Origin: a virus | DNA: 64,000 nt | Reading direction: 5' to 3' (one strand) | IMG/VR virus record: IMGVR_UViG_3300044640_001517 | Coordinates: 26,335-90,334 of that record | Shown here: positions 41,601 through 49,164 of the stretch, piece after piece | How the letters are laid out: each line of letters starts with the position of its first letter | How positions within the stretch are numbered: the stretch's first letter is position 1 | Position numbers and translations under genes: made by a program | Notes under the pieces: generated by a model | Told to the model about the DNA's origin: nothing | The model's database searches: none | The model's input: only the letters and a program-made list of their open reading frames with translations

Positions 41601-44600
41601 CAAGGCTGATCCAAGTGTCTCGACATCAGCGTGATCTTGCGAACGCGCTGTCTTGACGTAGTAGCGATTTCCTTCGCTGTCTTCGTAAACACCACCTTGG
41701 TTTGAGCCTGCCTGTCCGGCTACACGCTTCCAGTCTGATACATCGCCGTATTCACGAGGAGCTGTTCCTTGTGTCGGAGCCTCTGGAGCTTCGACCACTT
41801 CAGGAGCCTCTGCCTCTGTCGGTTGACCGTACGCCTTCTTGAGCGCGTCTTCTGTTGCGCGCTTAAGCGTGATGATGTACTCGTTTTGGCCAGGCTTAAG
41901 AACTGCCGGCTGTTCGCGTACACTGTCGACGATAAACTCACCGGTGCCGAGGTGCTCTTGTTCTTGGTCATACCACGAGAATCCGTTGAGACTGACAGAG
42001 TCAATCTCACCTGCGGCGACCTCAAAGACGATACGTACGTCGTTTGGATTTGTAGGCGAGAATCCCACCGCACCGATCTCGCCTGTTGTTAGGTCTGTCT
42101 CGGTGAATGGACGTGGGTCAAATGAAACAACAAAGCCAGGCGTTGTGTATTTCTTGAACAGCTCAGAGTTTGCGTTTACGCCGATTGAACGATACAGCGG
42201 AATCTCTGATACTTCCTTTGCGGCGGCGACAAGTCTAAATAGACCGGCAGCAGGCGTGTCGCTCTCAAGGTCGTCGACACCGTCGGCGATCGCCTTCTTT
42301 GAGTCAACAAGATCTTTAAAGCCACCAAAGTCTTCATAGAGCTGGTAGTACATCTCCATCGCCTTGCCGCCGTCACCACCGGTGAGTCGTTCAAGTGCGT
42401 CAAGAATTATGGCACGTGAACCAGGGTGCTGCCAGTCTTCGAGGTCGCTGTCGCCACCATCGATTGAGAGCATAAGACCCCAGTAAGACTGGAACGCCTC
42501 GCGCTCTTCAGCGCTCTCACTAAATGCCCACGGAAGATATGTATCAAGATCGCGTGCAAGTTGCGCATCTGCGTCGCCTTCTTGCGAAAGATCAAGACCG
42601 TTTATTCCACGAGAGATAAGTTCTTGTGCAAGATCTTGGATGTTTGGATTTGTCTCTTTATGCTGATTGATCAGACGGAACGCTGTTATCGCGTTCTCCG
42701 GTTTTCCAAGTTCTCCGTTGATCGCCTGTGCGGCACGTGTCTGAGCGAGTCGATCGCTGAGTGGAATCGCGGCGCTCGGTGAACCTGCAGGAGGTGTGTT
42801 GATCGTGTCAACATAGTTCAACTGATTCTTCTTAGACTTGTCAGGTGACGCGCTGTCAAAGATCCCGGCGAGCAAGAACCCAGCATCCATACCTGTCTGT
42901 TCAAGTGCCTCAAACAAAGCCTCGGCCTTGACAGGTTCATCTCCACTTTCAAACGGAAGGTTTCCATATCCGTTTGCTGGGCCTGAGTCAGATGGAAGAA
43001 CAGCGTCGCGGAGTGCGCGAACAAGTTCATCCTCGGAGAACTTACCGCTCAATACCCTAGGATCGTCTGTGTAGTCAGCGCTGTCTTGGTTTGTGCGACC
43101 TTCAGGCTTATAGAACTCAAAGATATTTGGCTTGTACGCGCCTTCAGGCGTTGTGTACATCGAGTCAAAGGCCTCATCATTAAATGTGCCCATGTCTTCT
43201 GCGTCTGGTTCGCCGCCAAACAGGTTCTCGTCTACCGGCTCGTCAAGATCTCCAGCAATGTTGTCTGAGTCTGCGAGGTCACCGTTGTACCACTTACCGA
43301 AGTCTTCTTCACGTCCCTCTGGAACTGAGAAGTCAACGATCGGCCAGCCGCCGCCAGCGCCTTCTGACACAACAACATCTGCTTCGCCTTCAGGAAACTT
43401 TGCCTTGAAGTCCTTGAGCACATCATCAAGTGTTCCTTCTTCAAAAGCGACGTCAACCTCAAAGCTTGTTCCTGGGTTACCGTTCTTAAGCTCGGTGTTG
43501 TCTCCCATTGGAATGTTGTACTTTTCAGCAAACGCAACCGCGTCACCTGTTGGGAAGTCTTCAATGTTGTCTTCGCCAAACCAGTCGTTAAAGCGTTCTT
43601 CTTCGCCTGCTGGAATATCAAACTCAAACACTGGGTATCCGTTTTGTGCATCGCCTGTAAAGCGAGCTTTTCCACCTGGGATGTCTTCTTCGAACTCTGA
43701 AATGATATCTTCGTTGCTACGACCTTCAGGAAGAACTGCAAGACGACGTGTAGTTGTTGCTGCTGGTTTTTCTTCAAAGTTATTGTTGATTCTGTCGAAG
43801 GAAAGCTTGTCCTTTGACTGCTGTAGACGATCCAAGTTTGACTTTGCGCGCTTGTGAAGTTTGCCGTCTGGACTATCAGGTCCGTTAAGCACGTTCTTCA
43901 TTGTCTCGATCTTGCGGTTGAGATCAGCTATCTGCCTGTCAAACTCAGATACTTTTTCTTCATATGCAGGAGTTGCTGCGGTTGGTGTTGGCCATGCAGC
44001 GTCGACGAGACGATCAAGTTCGTCCTGCGGCATGTTGACGATGTCGTCAACCTTGACGTTTGTGTCAGCCGCAGGCTTGTTCATCTTGTCAATCGTGAAC
44101 GTGCGGTCTTCGCCGTCGGTCTTGCTGAAACCTTTAAGCTGCTTCTTGCCGGCCTTGTTCTCGACGATCTCTTCAGGCGTAACCACGCGAAGCTTATCGT
44201 TGAAGTCAAACGCAACGTCTTTCTTTTCTTCAATTGACTTCTCAATGATTGCTGGAAGATTTGCAGTTGGTGTATCACGCAGGTCGTTTGCCGCGTCTAC
44301 GAGACGTTGGATCTCGGGTGAGATCTCTGGTGGTTCAGCAAACAGTGTTGGTTGACCAGGCTTTGTCTTCTCCATTTTTGCTGGTCCTGCTGGAGCAGCA
44401 GATGGACGTGAAGGCGCGCCAGCGCGCTCATCAGAGTCAGGAATTGGCCGACTATCTTCTGCGGACTGTAGACCTTTTTCTTCCCGCGCTGCAAGAAGAT
44501 CTTGCATCAACTCTGGATACTCATCAAAGTCTGGAGTTGGACCGACGTAGGTCCACTCATAACTTGTTGTTGGAATACCTACAGGTTTCTGTTCCCAGTT

Positions 44601-47600
44601 ACCTGGATCATCAAGCCGTTCTTGGAATTTTTCTCGCTCTCTTTGCAGTTTTTCTTGACGCGTTGCTTTTGGTTCACGCTTGCCGTTCTTTATCGCAATG
44701 GCCTCTGCGTTTGGCATGTCAGCCTTGACTGCCTCAGCCGCCTCGGCGAGTGTGTCGGTAGTTGCAATCTGCTTGTTGTTACCTTCGCCTAACCAGATGC
44801 CTTTACGCCATACCTCAAACTTGCTCTTTCCATCTTTTTGTACAGCCTCGGTGATGCTGTGATCTTCGCCGTACTCGTCTGCCGGTGGAATGTGCGTCCA
44901 TGCGTTTGCCTCTCCGCCATACATGCCGGCGATACGGATATCCCAGCCTTCTGCGGTTGTGCCTTGCGGAACATCTGCCATCGGCTTGTCCAGGCTCGGG
45001 TCAATAATCCGTTTTCCGTCAGGTCCAAGCTTGTAAATCTCGGGCAGAGGCTCGTACTTGGGTGGTTCAAGTGGAATCAGTTCCCCGTCAGGTCCAAGCT
45101 TGAAATTCTCGTCGGGCCCGCTCCAGATCTGGTCAGGTCGCAATTCTTTGTCGTCGGGGATGTTAGGCAAGTTCTCCCACGGCAGATCATCCCACGCTTC
45201 TGCTGGGATACCATCTGGGGGCTCAGGCCACTTGGTGCGACTGGAAGGCTTAGGAGCAACGATCTTGTCCCACGCAAAGTTCTTGCTGGTGCCGTCTGAG
45301 TCCTTGGCCTTTAGGTTCGTGCGACCTGTCTGTCCGTTCTGCCAGACGCCTTCTGGAGTAACAACGCGGTCCTTGTCGCTATACATGAAGTGGAGCTTTT
45401 GGTCGTTATCAATAGCATCTTGAACAAACTTCTTGATGTCAGCGATCTTGTTGACTTCTTTTGGATTGAGGTCAATGACATTTTCTGCGGCGCTTGGTTG
45501 TACCTCATCTCGCTTAACGTCCCATCCGGCCGGAGCTTCAGGAGTGCTTACACCTGTAACCTTGTCAGCGGTAAATGTGCGACCTTCACCGTCTGTCTCA
45601 CTGAAACCGACGATGTTTGTCTTACCTGTCTTAGGACTTGTATAGATACGTTCTGGTCTAAACGTACGATCTTTTCCACCGTAGCCAAACTTGACAGGAT
45701 ACTGACCGTCGATCGCCTTCTGCATCTGATCAACAACCTCTTCAGGCGTGCTGTCAGGTTTGATAAACTGTGGTGCCTTGCCGCGGTCGGCCTCTGGCAT
45801 CGTGATGATCTTTGCCTTTTCTTTCTTCGCCTCTTTCTTAGGTGAAGGAGCATCCATCTTTGAGATGGTAAACGTGCGCTCTTCGCCGATCGCATGATCA
45901 AATCCAACGAAGTTTGTTTCACCGGTCTTCTTGTTGGTATATGTATTGCCGCTTGGTTGAACCTCGCGATCTTTTCCGTTATACTTAAATCGAAGAACGT
46001 CGCCGTTACGGTACGCTTGCATGACTGCGCCGATCTTTGACATTGACGTGTCACCTGCAAAGTCAACCAGATTGCCCGATGGAGTGGCGTAGCTAGGTAT
46101 GTCGACCATCGCTTTTCCGCCGCCGCGCTCTTCTCCAGTCAGTCTAAATCCATCTTTTTCGGCGTCATAGACCTCGTCTTCGGTGAACCAATATGCGCCG
46201 ACATTTTTTGACGCCATCTTGTATTCTTTTACACCGGTGTCCATCAGCTGTTTGTACGTAAGACCCTTAACGGCATTCTTCATCTTTTCAACATCAAGAA
46301 GAACACGATCTGTCGGGACACCCATTGACTCGAGCTGTGCCGAGTCCATGATGTAGTCCGTTGCGTTATAGTCACCGTCTGTCGCCTTGTCGAGCGCGTT
46401 GCGAAGATTTGACTCTGAACCTGTAAGCTTTACAGATCCGTCGTCTTGAAGTTTGATGTCAACACCAGGTGCAAACTCCTGCTTCCACGCATCAAGACCT
46501 TCTTGAGTTACAGGCTCTCCGTCTGTCTTCCAGTCAACACTGACAGACTTAACGTCTGCCTTTTCAAGCTGCGATGCTGGCTTTTCAAGTTGCGCTTTTT
46601 CTTCAGCTGCGCGCTTGTTTTCTTCATCAGCCATTCGCTGAACAGCAGGAGGCACTGGACCAGGGCGGTCGCCAGGTCCTGTTGTCTCACCCGCCGGCTT
46701 AAACTTATCTTCGCCGATGTCTTCTTGAACAACGTCAACACCCCAGCCACCTTGGCTGAGCAACTTCTGACCTTGCTTGCTGTTGAGAAACTTTTCATAC
46801 TGATCTTGGTCGGTAAGTGCTGTAAGCTCAACAGAGTCCCAACCGTCCGCCATGCCGATCTTTTGGTTTCCAACCGCACGGAATACTGACGCCTTGCGTG
46901 CGCCGGTGATCTCTTGCTGGCCGTCTTTGTTTATTGGGATCTCAACACGGTAACCGTCAGCGCTCATAAACGCGACGTGGTTAGGCTGTGATGCCTGTGT
47001 AGGTGTCCAGCCTGTCGGTGCGTCAAGCTTTCGCATTGACGAGAAGTTGACAGCGTACTTTTGATCTTCGCGAGAGACAGCTACTTCTGGGGTGTCCTTT
47101 AGATACGACTTCTTAATGATCGCCTTTGCGGACTGACCTTTCTTAGCTGGTACAGCGTAGACTCCGTTTGGGATATTTTTATCGTCTTTGATCTCGACTT
47201 CAATGTCATCAACACCTGACATGCCGACAACTTTTCCACTTACGTAGCTGTGTTTGCCAGACTTGAAGATGTTGAATTTCCAGCCACCACCCATGAACGC
47301 AAAACGGCCAAAGCGGTCACGGCGTTGCATACGTGCACGGGCAGAACGCGCCGCACGTGAGTTACCGCCAAGACCAAAGCCAAGTACGGCGATGATCGGT
47401 TCAAGATCAACAGCGGCTGTGATCGGGACAACACCAGGTCCCAATGCCGCGATACGTGCAAACGCGTGCTTGCGCTCAAATGAACCGTGTTCGTACGAGT
47501 GAGCAGACGCGACAAGTGCGCGGATGTCGTCGTCGATGATGAGGTCATCGGCCGCGATCCAACGTGCACGTGCGTGGCGCAACGCCGACGCGGTCATCGC

Positions 47601-47915
47601 GTGCGCGCGTGTCGAGAGCGGGTGACCTACCGAAAGAAGGTCAGAGTTTTCAAGAGAAGAGGTTGACACCTTGTTCTTTGAAGAAAGCGCGATAAAGCCA
47701 GACACGGCGCGTAACGCAGAGAACGCACGTGTTGAGTTGCTGCCGTATACTTCCTTGCGGATCTCACGGTTTGCAACCTCGATCGCCGAAGCGAGCGTTA
47801 CCTGACGTTCTGGTTGAATTGACTTGTTTGCAGTATCAAGCATCGTGATGATGCTTGAGCGAAGACGAAGTAGTTCAGCCGTACTGAGCTGTGTGCGCTT
47901 TTTCTTGTTTGACAT
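32670..47915 (-). CDS. Giant polyvalent protein (5081 aa): 4x WYL, ADP-ribosyltransferase, HipA/PI3K-like kinase, DEDDh exonuclease, UvrD-like helicase, putative second ART
   Basis: WYL-like F.Y..K.R.V.P...G......RTF..DK repeats; LYR...EQEH; GSNQGG..YYVK..E..DAWLSNYD..DN..VDQGG; DYESTG..FD..HRADAD; AGTGKT, DEAQD, VGDENQAIYAFRG, HQAKGLEW, YVAVTRA. Confidence 0.85.
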   Translation of the reverse strand: MSNKKKRTQLSTAELLRLRSSIITMLDTANKSIQPERQVTLASAIEVANREIRKEVYGSNSTRAFSALRAVSGFIALSSKNKVSTSSLENSDLLSVGHPLSTRAHAMTASALRHARARWIAADDLIIDDDIRALVASAHSYEHGSFERKHAFARIAALGPGVVPITAAVDLEPIIAVLGFGLGGNSRAARSARARMQRRDRFGRFAFMGGGWKFNIFKSGKHSYVSGKVVGMSGVDDIEVEIKDDKNIPNGVYAVPAKKGQSAKAIIKKSYLKDTPEVAVSREDQKYAVNFSSMRKLDAPTGWTPTQASQPNHVAFMSADGYRVEIPINKDGQQEITGARKASVFRAVGNQKIGMADGWDSVELTALTDQDQYEKFLNSKQGQKLLSQGGWGVDVVQEDIGEDKFKPAGETTGPGDRPGPVPPAVQRMADEENKRAAEEKAQLEKPASQLEKADVKSVSVDWKTDGEPVTQEGLDAWKQEFAPGVDIKLQDDGSVKLTGSESNLRNALDKATDGDYNATDYIMDSAQLESMGVPTDRVLLDVEKMKNAVKGLTYKQLMDTGVKEYKMASKNVGAYWFTEDEVYDAEKDGFRLTGEERGGGKAMVDIPSYATPSGNLVDFAGDTSMSKIGAVMQAYRNGDVLRFKYNGKDREVQPSGNTYTNKKTGETNFVGFDHAIGEERTFTISKMDAPSPKKEAKKEKAKIITMPEADRGKAPQFIKPDSTPEEVVDQMQKAIDGQYPVKFGYGGKDRTFRPERIYTSPKTGKTNIVGFSETDGEGRTFTADKVTGVSTPEAPAGWDVKRDEVQPSAAENVIDLNPKEVNKIADIKKFVQDAIDNDQKLHFMYSDKDRVVTPEGVWQNGQTGRTNLKAKDSDGTSKNFAWDKIVAPKPSSRTKWPEPPDGIPAEAWDDLPWENLPNIPDDKELRPDQIWSGPDENFKLGPDGELIPLEPPKYEPLPEIYKLGPDGKRIIDPSLDKPMADVPQGTTAEGWDIRIAGMYGGEANAWTHIPPADEYGEDHSITEAVQKDGKSKFEVWRKGIWLGEGNNKQIATTDTLAEAAEAVKADMPNAEAIAIKNGKREPKATRQEKLQREREKFQERLDDPGNWEQKPVGIPTTSYEWTYVGPTPDFDEYPELMQDLLAAREEKGLQSAEDSRPIPDSDERAGAPSRPSAAPAGPAKMEKTKPGQPTLFAEPPEISPEIQRLVDAANDLRDTPTANLPAIIEKSIEEKKDVAFDFNDKLRVVTPEEIVENKAGKKQLKGFSKTDGEDRTFTIDKMNKPAADTNVKVDDIVNMPQDELDRLVDAAWPTPTAATPAYEEKVSEFDRQIADLNRKIETMKNVLNGPDSPDGKLHKRAKSNLDRLQQSKDKLSFDRINNNFEEKPAATTTRRLAVLPEGRSNEDIISEFEEDIPGGKARFTGDAQNGYPVFEFDIPAGEEERFNDWFGEDNIEDFPTGDAVAFAEKYNIPMGDNTELKNGNPGTSFEVDVAFEEGTLDDVLKDFKAKFPEGEADVVVSEGAGGGWPIVDFSVPEGREEDFGKWYNGDLADSDNIAGDLDEPVDENLFGGEPDAEDMGTFNDEAFDSMYTTPEGAYKPNIFEFYKPEGRTNQDSADYTDDPRVLSGKFSEDELVRALRDAVLPSDSGPANGYGNLPFESGDEPVKAEALFEALEQTGMDAGFLLAGIFDSASPDKSKKNQLNYVDTINTPPAGSPSAAIPLSDRLAQTRAAQAINGELGKPENAITAFRLINQHKETNPNIQDLAQELISRGINGLDLSQEGDADAQLARDLDTYLPWAFSESAEEREAFQSYWGLMLSIDGGDSDLEDWQHPGSRAIILDALERLTGGDGGKAMEMYYQLYEDFGGFKDLVDSKKAIADGVDDLESDTPAAGLFRLVAAAKEVSEIPLYRSIGVNANSELFKKYTTPGFVVSFDPRPFTETDLTTGEIGAVGFSPTNPNDVRIVFEVAAGEIDSVSLNGFSWYDQEQEHLGTGEFIVDSVREQPAVLKPGQNEYIITLKRATEDALKKAYGQPTEAEAPEVVEAPEAPTQGTAPREYGDVSDWKRVAGQAGSNQGGVYEDSEGNRYYVKTARSQDHADVETLGSALYRELGIPATDVGLGTRDGALQIISPMIPNATSGMDDYINDPEFLGKLHEGFAIDAWLSNYDVIGMVYDNVVADGDGNPIRVDQGGVLVWRARGSRKEWFGPEVAELDSMRDPGMNPTASDVFGSMTAADIKKSGEKLLNITPSRIDEIVDSIVNSPKENELLKDMLKRRRQSILDQLGIKDTTVDPFAERVPLTESIGYAAQDLQPGDVAEGDSFVIERVFRDQMTPKNKVSVQGYFPGHESQRKEWNETTIIPVARGGTIPPKGDKPALHRPKAPRKPSPGAFTGKMAELLKDAKTWEEAAAIIRKTPIMFFDYESTGLPGPEKGGRNQPVQIGGTFVADGEVRAQFSSYMNPEHELSDWSAKNLKQMDGSPVTDEWLTTQPSMKDAHQQFLDFVKEHAGDEVILGGQYTPFDLEILQRVLSANGLSINIVGTIDSKDLAEGTLPKWNSKTQFGASQVSEKDGKRRASNSLGPVAEFLEVKLPDWHRADADAQASWEITDAMLTRAINNPDTTPTTLLNVDGAFEAKQQEIADYENAYAKYEADLAEYVAAKAIAASWNCGGAGLTAAVGPANGPCSVPSVEQMIREAQPLPIGEIDPDGVAGGSTSNESSMVDAQEIDTPSQDGVDTNDPYKDEQFKPTEEQRAILDAIMEGKNVVVQALAGTGKTATLLLAGKRKKKEAAQERGVYIAFNKSAQLEAEERFRKAGLTNIEVITNDAIATRWAPKDIVKKLDKNPELSYYKDIDKYLGITEFEGPGAQGYGLYEAHKFFMEAMRKYLISADPEIGPQHFDIPEQDVKPWMLDIVNKMWEDYKDPNGKLRMDNTIITKMWALSNPDLGEIGSGLKQAVDFIFFDEAQDINPVSGKVIADQTIQKVYVGDENQAIYAFRGGENQLGKVLGAVEFPLTKSWRFGANIANEGNKWLSMLESPYRVIGGNADPGELVPEESLYDTADAILVRTNSGGLSAIFDQLQRGRTVGVTKNYKNDLVNLTDSAEYLLNGGTGTKPKPMHPELAPFRTWAEVKKEAEDENSNASNKLKLFVGLVETEGIDGIRGLLDQLHLAKSTGAALKSVDIDDTDVGSEGSLGKGVDYTIDENGIGVFGNTFENKSTIAKNGFKWDKSKGQWRLETTNQDTISNVLKKLSVSLNGGVAPAEADAKPIDVFITTVHQAKGLEWDKVLIWTDFWGPRVNKATGEVEMPDPVEFRIAYVAVTRAKKQLGRGALSWIDSFVKQPAEPAPVEEPNAPEVPVPSTEGEGGGGVEEPPAPTPTPSDGGDDNERIIKSVKQAVKDADDTLEDYSDRSSKDEKNIKKFRQAVKDALYAYEGEQYVDAEERFRDAAELLEPYAEVGAGDLQSLMLQAADAADAIRISKLTPKETPAEQPKLDPEWRPDDVPAPLGVVPTGEQQAPDDVAPEQLETTNNNVDMSQVLRYKDDSEKAADLQNAFDDVEKSRDEVTGEDSVLMATDRNKIKKAAEEVRQIREALANGTMTDDQALARLNAIIDSLPTYDIFSERYVDMESFKDMVKAVKRYIDGSAYWRPTGAALPPIDAVDSKGRPAGYAKDGTTFLTPGMRVRTKFGYAGIVEEYEKTWGGVKVRMEIDPRPTEQKGAWGPYVARLAYNTRELTVIGPDEDPYVEITREKGSEKKKPKNLEQQMEIWNKVQAGEIDPKAKKSKAPKGEPPAEGEGGVGVEPPPSPPEGDGGSALPKAEAPEGATEAPDDIPPPPPWNPEVSETPDTTVETGDETPAPEQNAIDPEVMSEMVDSALSDMHATLHDQIRGMSATLVKMPVNETMMSIANVAGRPIVLVNINGVSVPFYASTGSGGKTSVPTNKWYPIFGISPQTSWFNKGFTEEQINNMYDSPELKAVADFLNANLANPLAMVPDIPKAAGEQEYQDLLAAINTDMDTTSGSSAKSAKILKQNIESTVNDIKTPVIRTGWDPTLFRSGDQSTWPRFLLMADGITSRQDVAAAVRHGIEMIFERQEDDVRSQEEINKNAGAYFALLDQAIKENASDMYLGGDFDNSKKMKQLAEDWDFARPSLMNLDMFIDQMLNASTDPQVKKWKDRIQYMDATEESDYRLSLREGARLVTSDKIKLHGKSNSEVTPAGRPPVVIKDPKPISSSGLTGIPSLMEAVSTVVDRPDQYKERGVSAAVDSTDIEDLDIRASTIITPDGERKLRLRFKLTSWRGAEVTQEISSNLGQAGSLFRAEAPQIERVSVAENGDIVLSGESVVNNWGGAVFNNGRMFVSDSEDTGNPWSINIMRANDDNSLEPLDAQYESAPAAFHNQVIIDLPIDAEQSDIEEALRAAGVRDVRAAQQQDTKSLIENRLLSLFDSQTDPNINITDQDRRDKKLEKIKERWGVEAADVFPRIGSHGRIEYMLPDNVAFLMQEDTGIKGFKHNLSLEKAVANLVDTQSRPPTPEELIQVTTNAIVDVVTNGLVATVSRVQEGLNYKGMSSTEDLWTGGADYVFLRPTKHDENSTLEVMGGFNANSEGSIWWPATDIFERSDLYANIDDLYGKRVPGTDILRAVKYEGQEAMVKHGVPITKDAQIVVSQLVRDRAIKMLKERGITEIDGTPIEEIILTAGSKILEDRRGSKDSAKGQLLRFAEENLTEAFTEAGGSETVDFNDLAAMLTYTGSDLHYQPAPAGSVAVAAKYMFTVDMGLDPFEIENTRQLPQIIVRYPDGHYYTHDAGSAGAVLSGDAYVEPMLASDVNVLRNKVAEYNSPFDRQEEEGKVDWLPFSGNHAVTNAGGYDTMLRAEIVIPFGQENAGNPTGEDYADILDRYKLVDEIIKKVAKMKSFEMYSAARGMLLPMYANTRDRNLQSYIMQQLINLTLYTGRTVPPMPVTSAGEEKDTNMLPLPDYDEFAKYGNYLNRAGTQAVLENVDGEYAGWLRAAYSAKIIRDFDDQGLPIRSYMEITTDRDGGLSFQLKENSGFKWDPNKREITFSSRGIMYKIRAIQPDEKLNRIQL

Positions 47916-47917
47916 AT

Positions 47918-49150
47918 CTAGCTTTCGATGTTAGGTAGCAAGTCGGAATCTTGGCTGTCATATGTCATTATGGCAAGTTCGCGCGCACGATCAAATCCGT
48001 GCTCGTTGTTGTCAACTCCACGCTTCCACGCTGCGCGTAGTGCGGGGATGATCTCGTAACCGAGACCGCTGTATTCTGCAAATGCTGTTATTGCGTGTTC
48101 AGGAGATTCGTATTCGTGTGAATCTCCGAGCGTGATGATCAACTCTGTGGCCGCCTGTGCAGCCGCTGTGAGAACTGACTCTGATGCGTTTGACGCTGTT
48201 GACTTTGGGTGACCTTCAGGTAACAAGTCATTGTCTTGCTTGTAGTTTGGATTCGCCGGTGTACCTGACTTGAGTAGACGAAGATATGCGTTTACGCGCG
48301 CCATCGCCCACTGATCACGGGTCTTACCTGGGCGATGTGAGCTCGAGTACGCACCAGCGCCGCGGCGATACACCGCCTTTAACTGTGCAAGTGTTGCTTT
48401 GCGGCCGGCCTTTGCATCTACGTTGTGCTCTTTGACCTTGTTCATCAACGCTGTCTCAGTCTTGGCTGAAAACGTAATGTTGCGTCCACCTGATGCAGAT
48501 CCTTTTGGATTCTTTTTTGATCCCGTGATTCTGTCTTTTTTAGGCGCAGGCTTTGAGGCCGCGGCTAAGAATACAGAATCATCTTCGGTGGCGTAGTCTT
48601 CAGCGCCGTCTTCATAGACGTATACCTCAACCTGCTCTTGCTCTGGCGTTGCGACCAACTTTCCGCCGGTCTGCATTCCGGTGATTGCGCGCAGTTGCCA
48701 TCCCCATTTTTTATGTGCAGCGTCTCGCTCTGCGAGAAGATCTGCAATGCCCTGCTCGTTTGCATCTGATGCGAGCTTAAATGACTCAAGAATACATTCA
48801 TTTAGAATGTTGTTTGCCTGGAGAAGATCTGCGCTCATCAGCACTGGATCGTCAATGCGGTCGTTGTCCATGCTTTCGATCTTTGAGAACGCAGACATGG
48901 CTGACAACGTTGCTGGTGAGTCAAACCCAAGCTTAAGAATACTTTCAGCGATCGGATCAATTGCACCTTGCGCATCTGCGTAGATGTCACCAAACAGATC
49001 ATGAAACTCGGAGAAGTCCGGCCCTTTAACATTCCAATGAAACCCGATCGCCTTTGTGTAAAAAGCAAATGTCGTACCGAGACAGTGACCGAGACTCATT
49101 GCGAGGTTTGCCTTCATCTCGTGTGAATGCTGTGGGTTGTTCATGATCAT
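47918..49150 (-). CDS. Dps/ferritin-like domain fused to additional phage head-associated domains
   Basis: FHWNVKGPDFSEFHDLF...IDPIAE Dps signature; second domain LKAVYRRGAGAYSSSHRPG..RDQWAMARVNAYL. Confidence 0.8.
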   Translation of the reverse strand: MIMNNPQHSHEMKANLAMSLGHCLGTTFAFYTKAIGFHWNVKGPDFSEFHDLFGDIYADAQGAIDPIAESILKLGFDSPATLSAMSAFSKIESMDNDRIDDPVLMSADLLQANNILNECILESFKLASDANEQGIADLLAERDAAHKKWGWQLRAITGMQTGGKLVATPEQEQVEVYVYEDGAEDYATEDDSVFLAAASKPAPKKDRITGSKKNPKGSASGGRNITFSAKTETALMNKVKEHNVDAKAGRKATLAQLKAVYRRGAGAYSSSHRPGKTRDQWAMARVNAYLRLLKSGTPANPNYKQDNDLLPEGHPKSTASNASESVLTAAAQAATELIITLGDSHEYESPEHAITAFAEYSGLGYEIIPALRAAWKRGVDNNEHGFDRARELAIMTYDSQDSDLLPNIES

Positions 49151-49164
49151 TGTTTTCTCTTTTG

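Noticed and set aside
32670-47915. Giant ORF as a virion RNA polymerase or tape measure protein
   Set aside because: No DxDGD or T7-type polymerase motifs were recognised, and a separate tape measure gene exists at 15971-19414.
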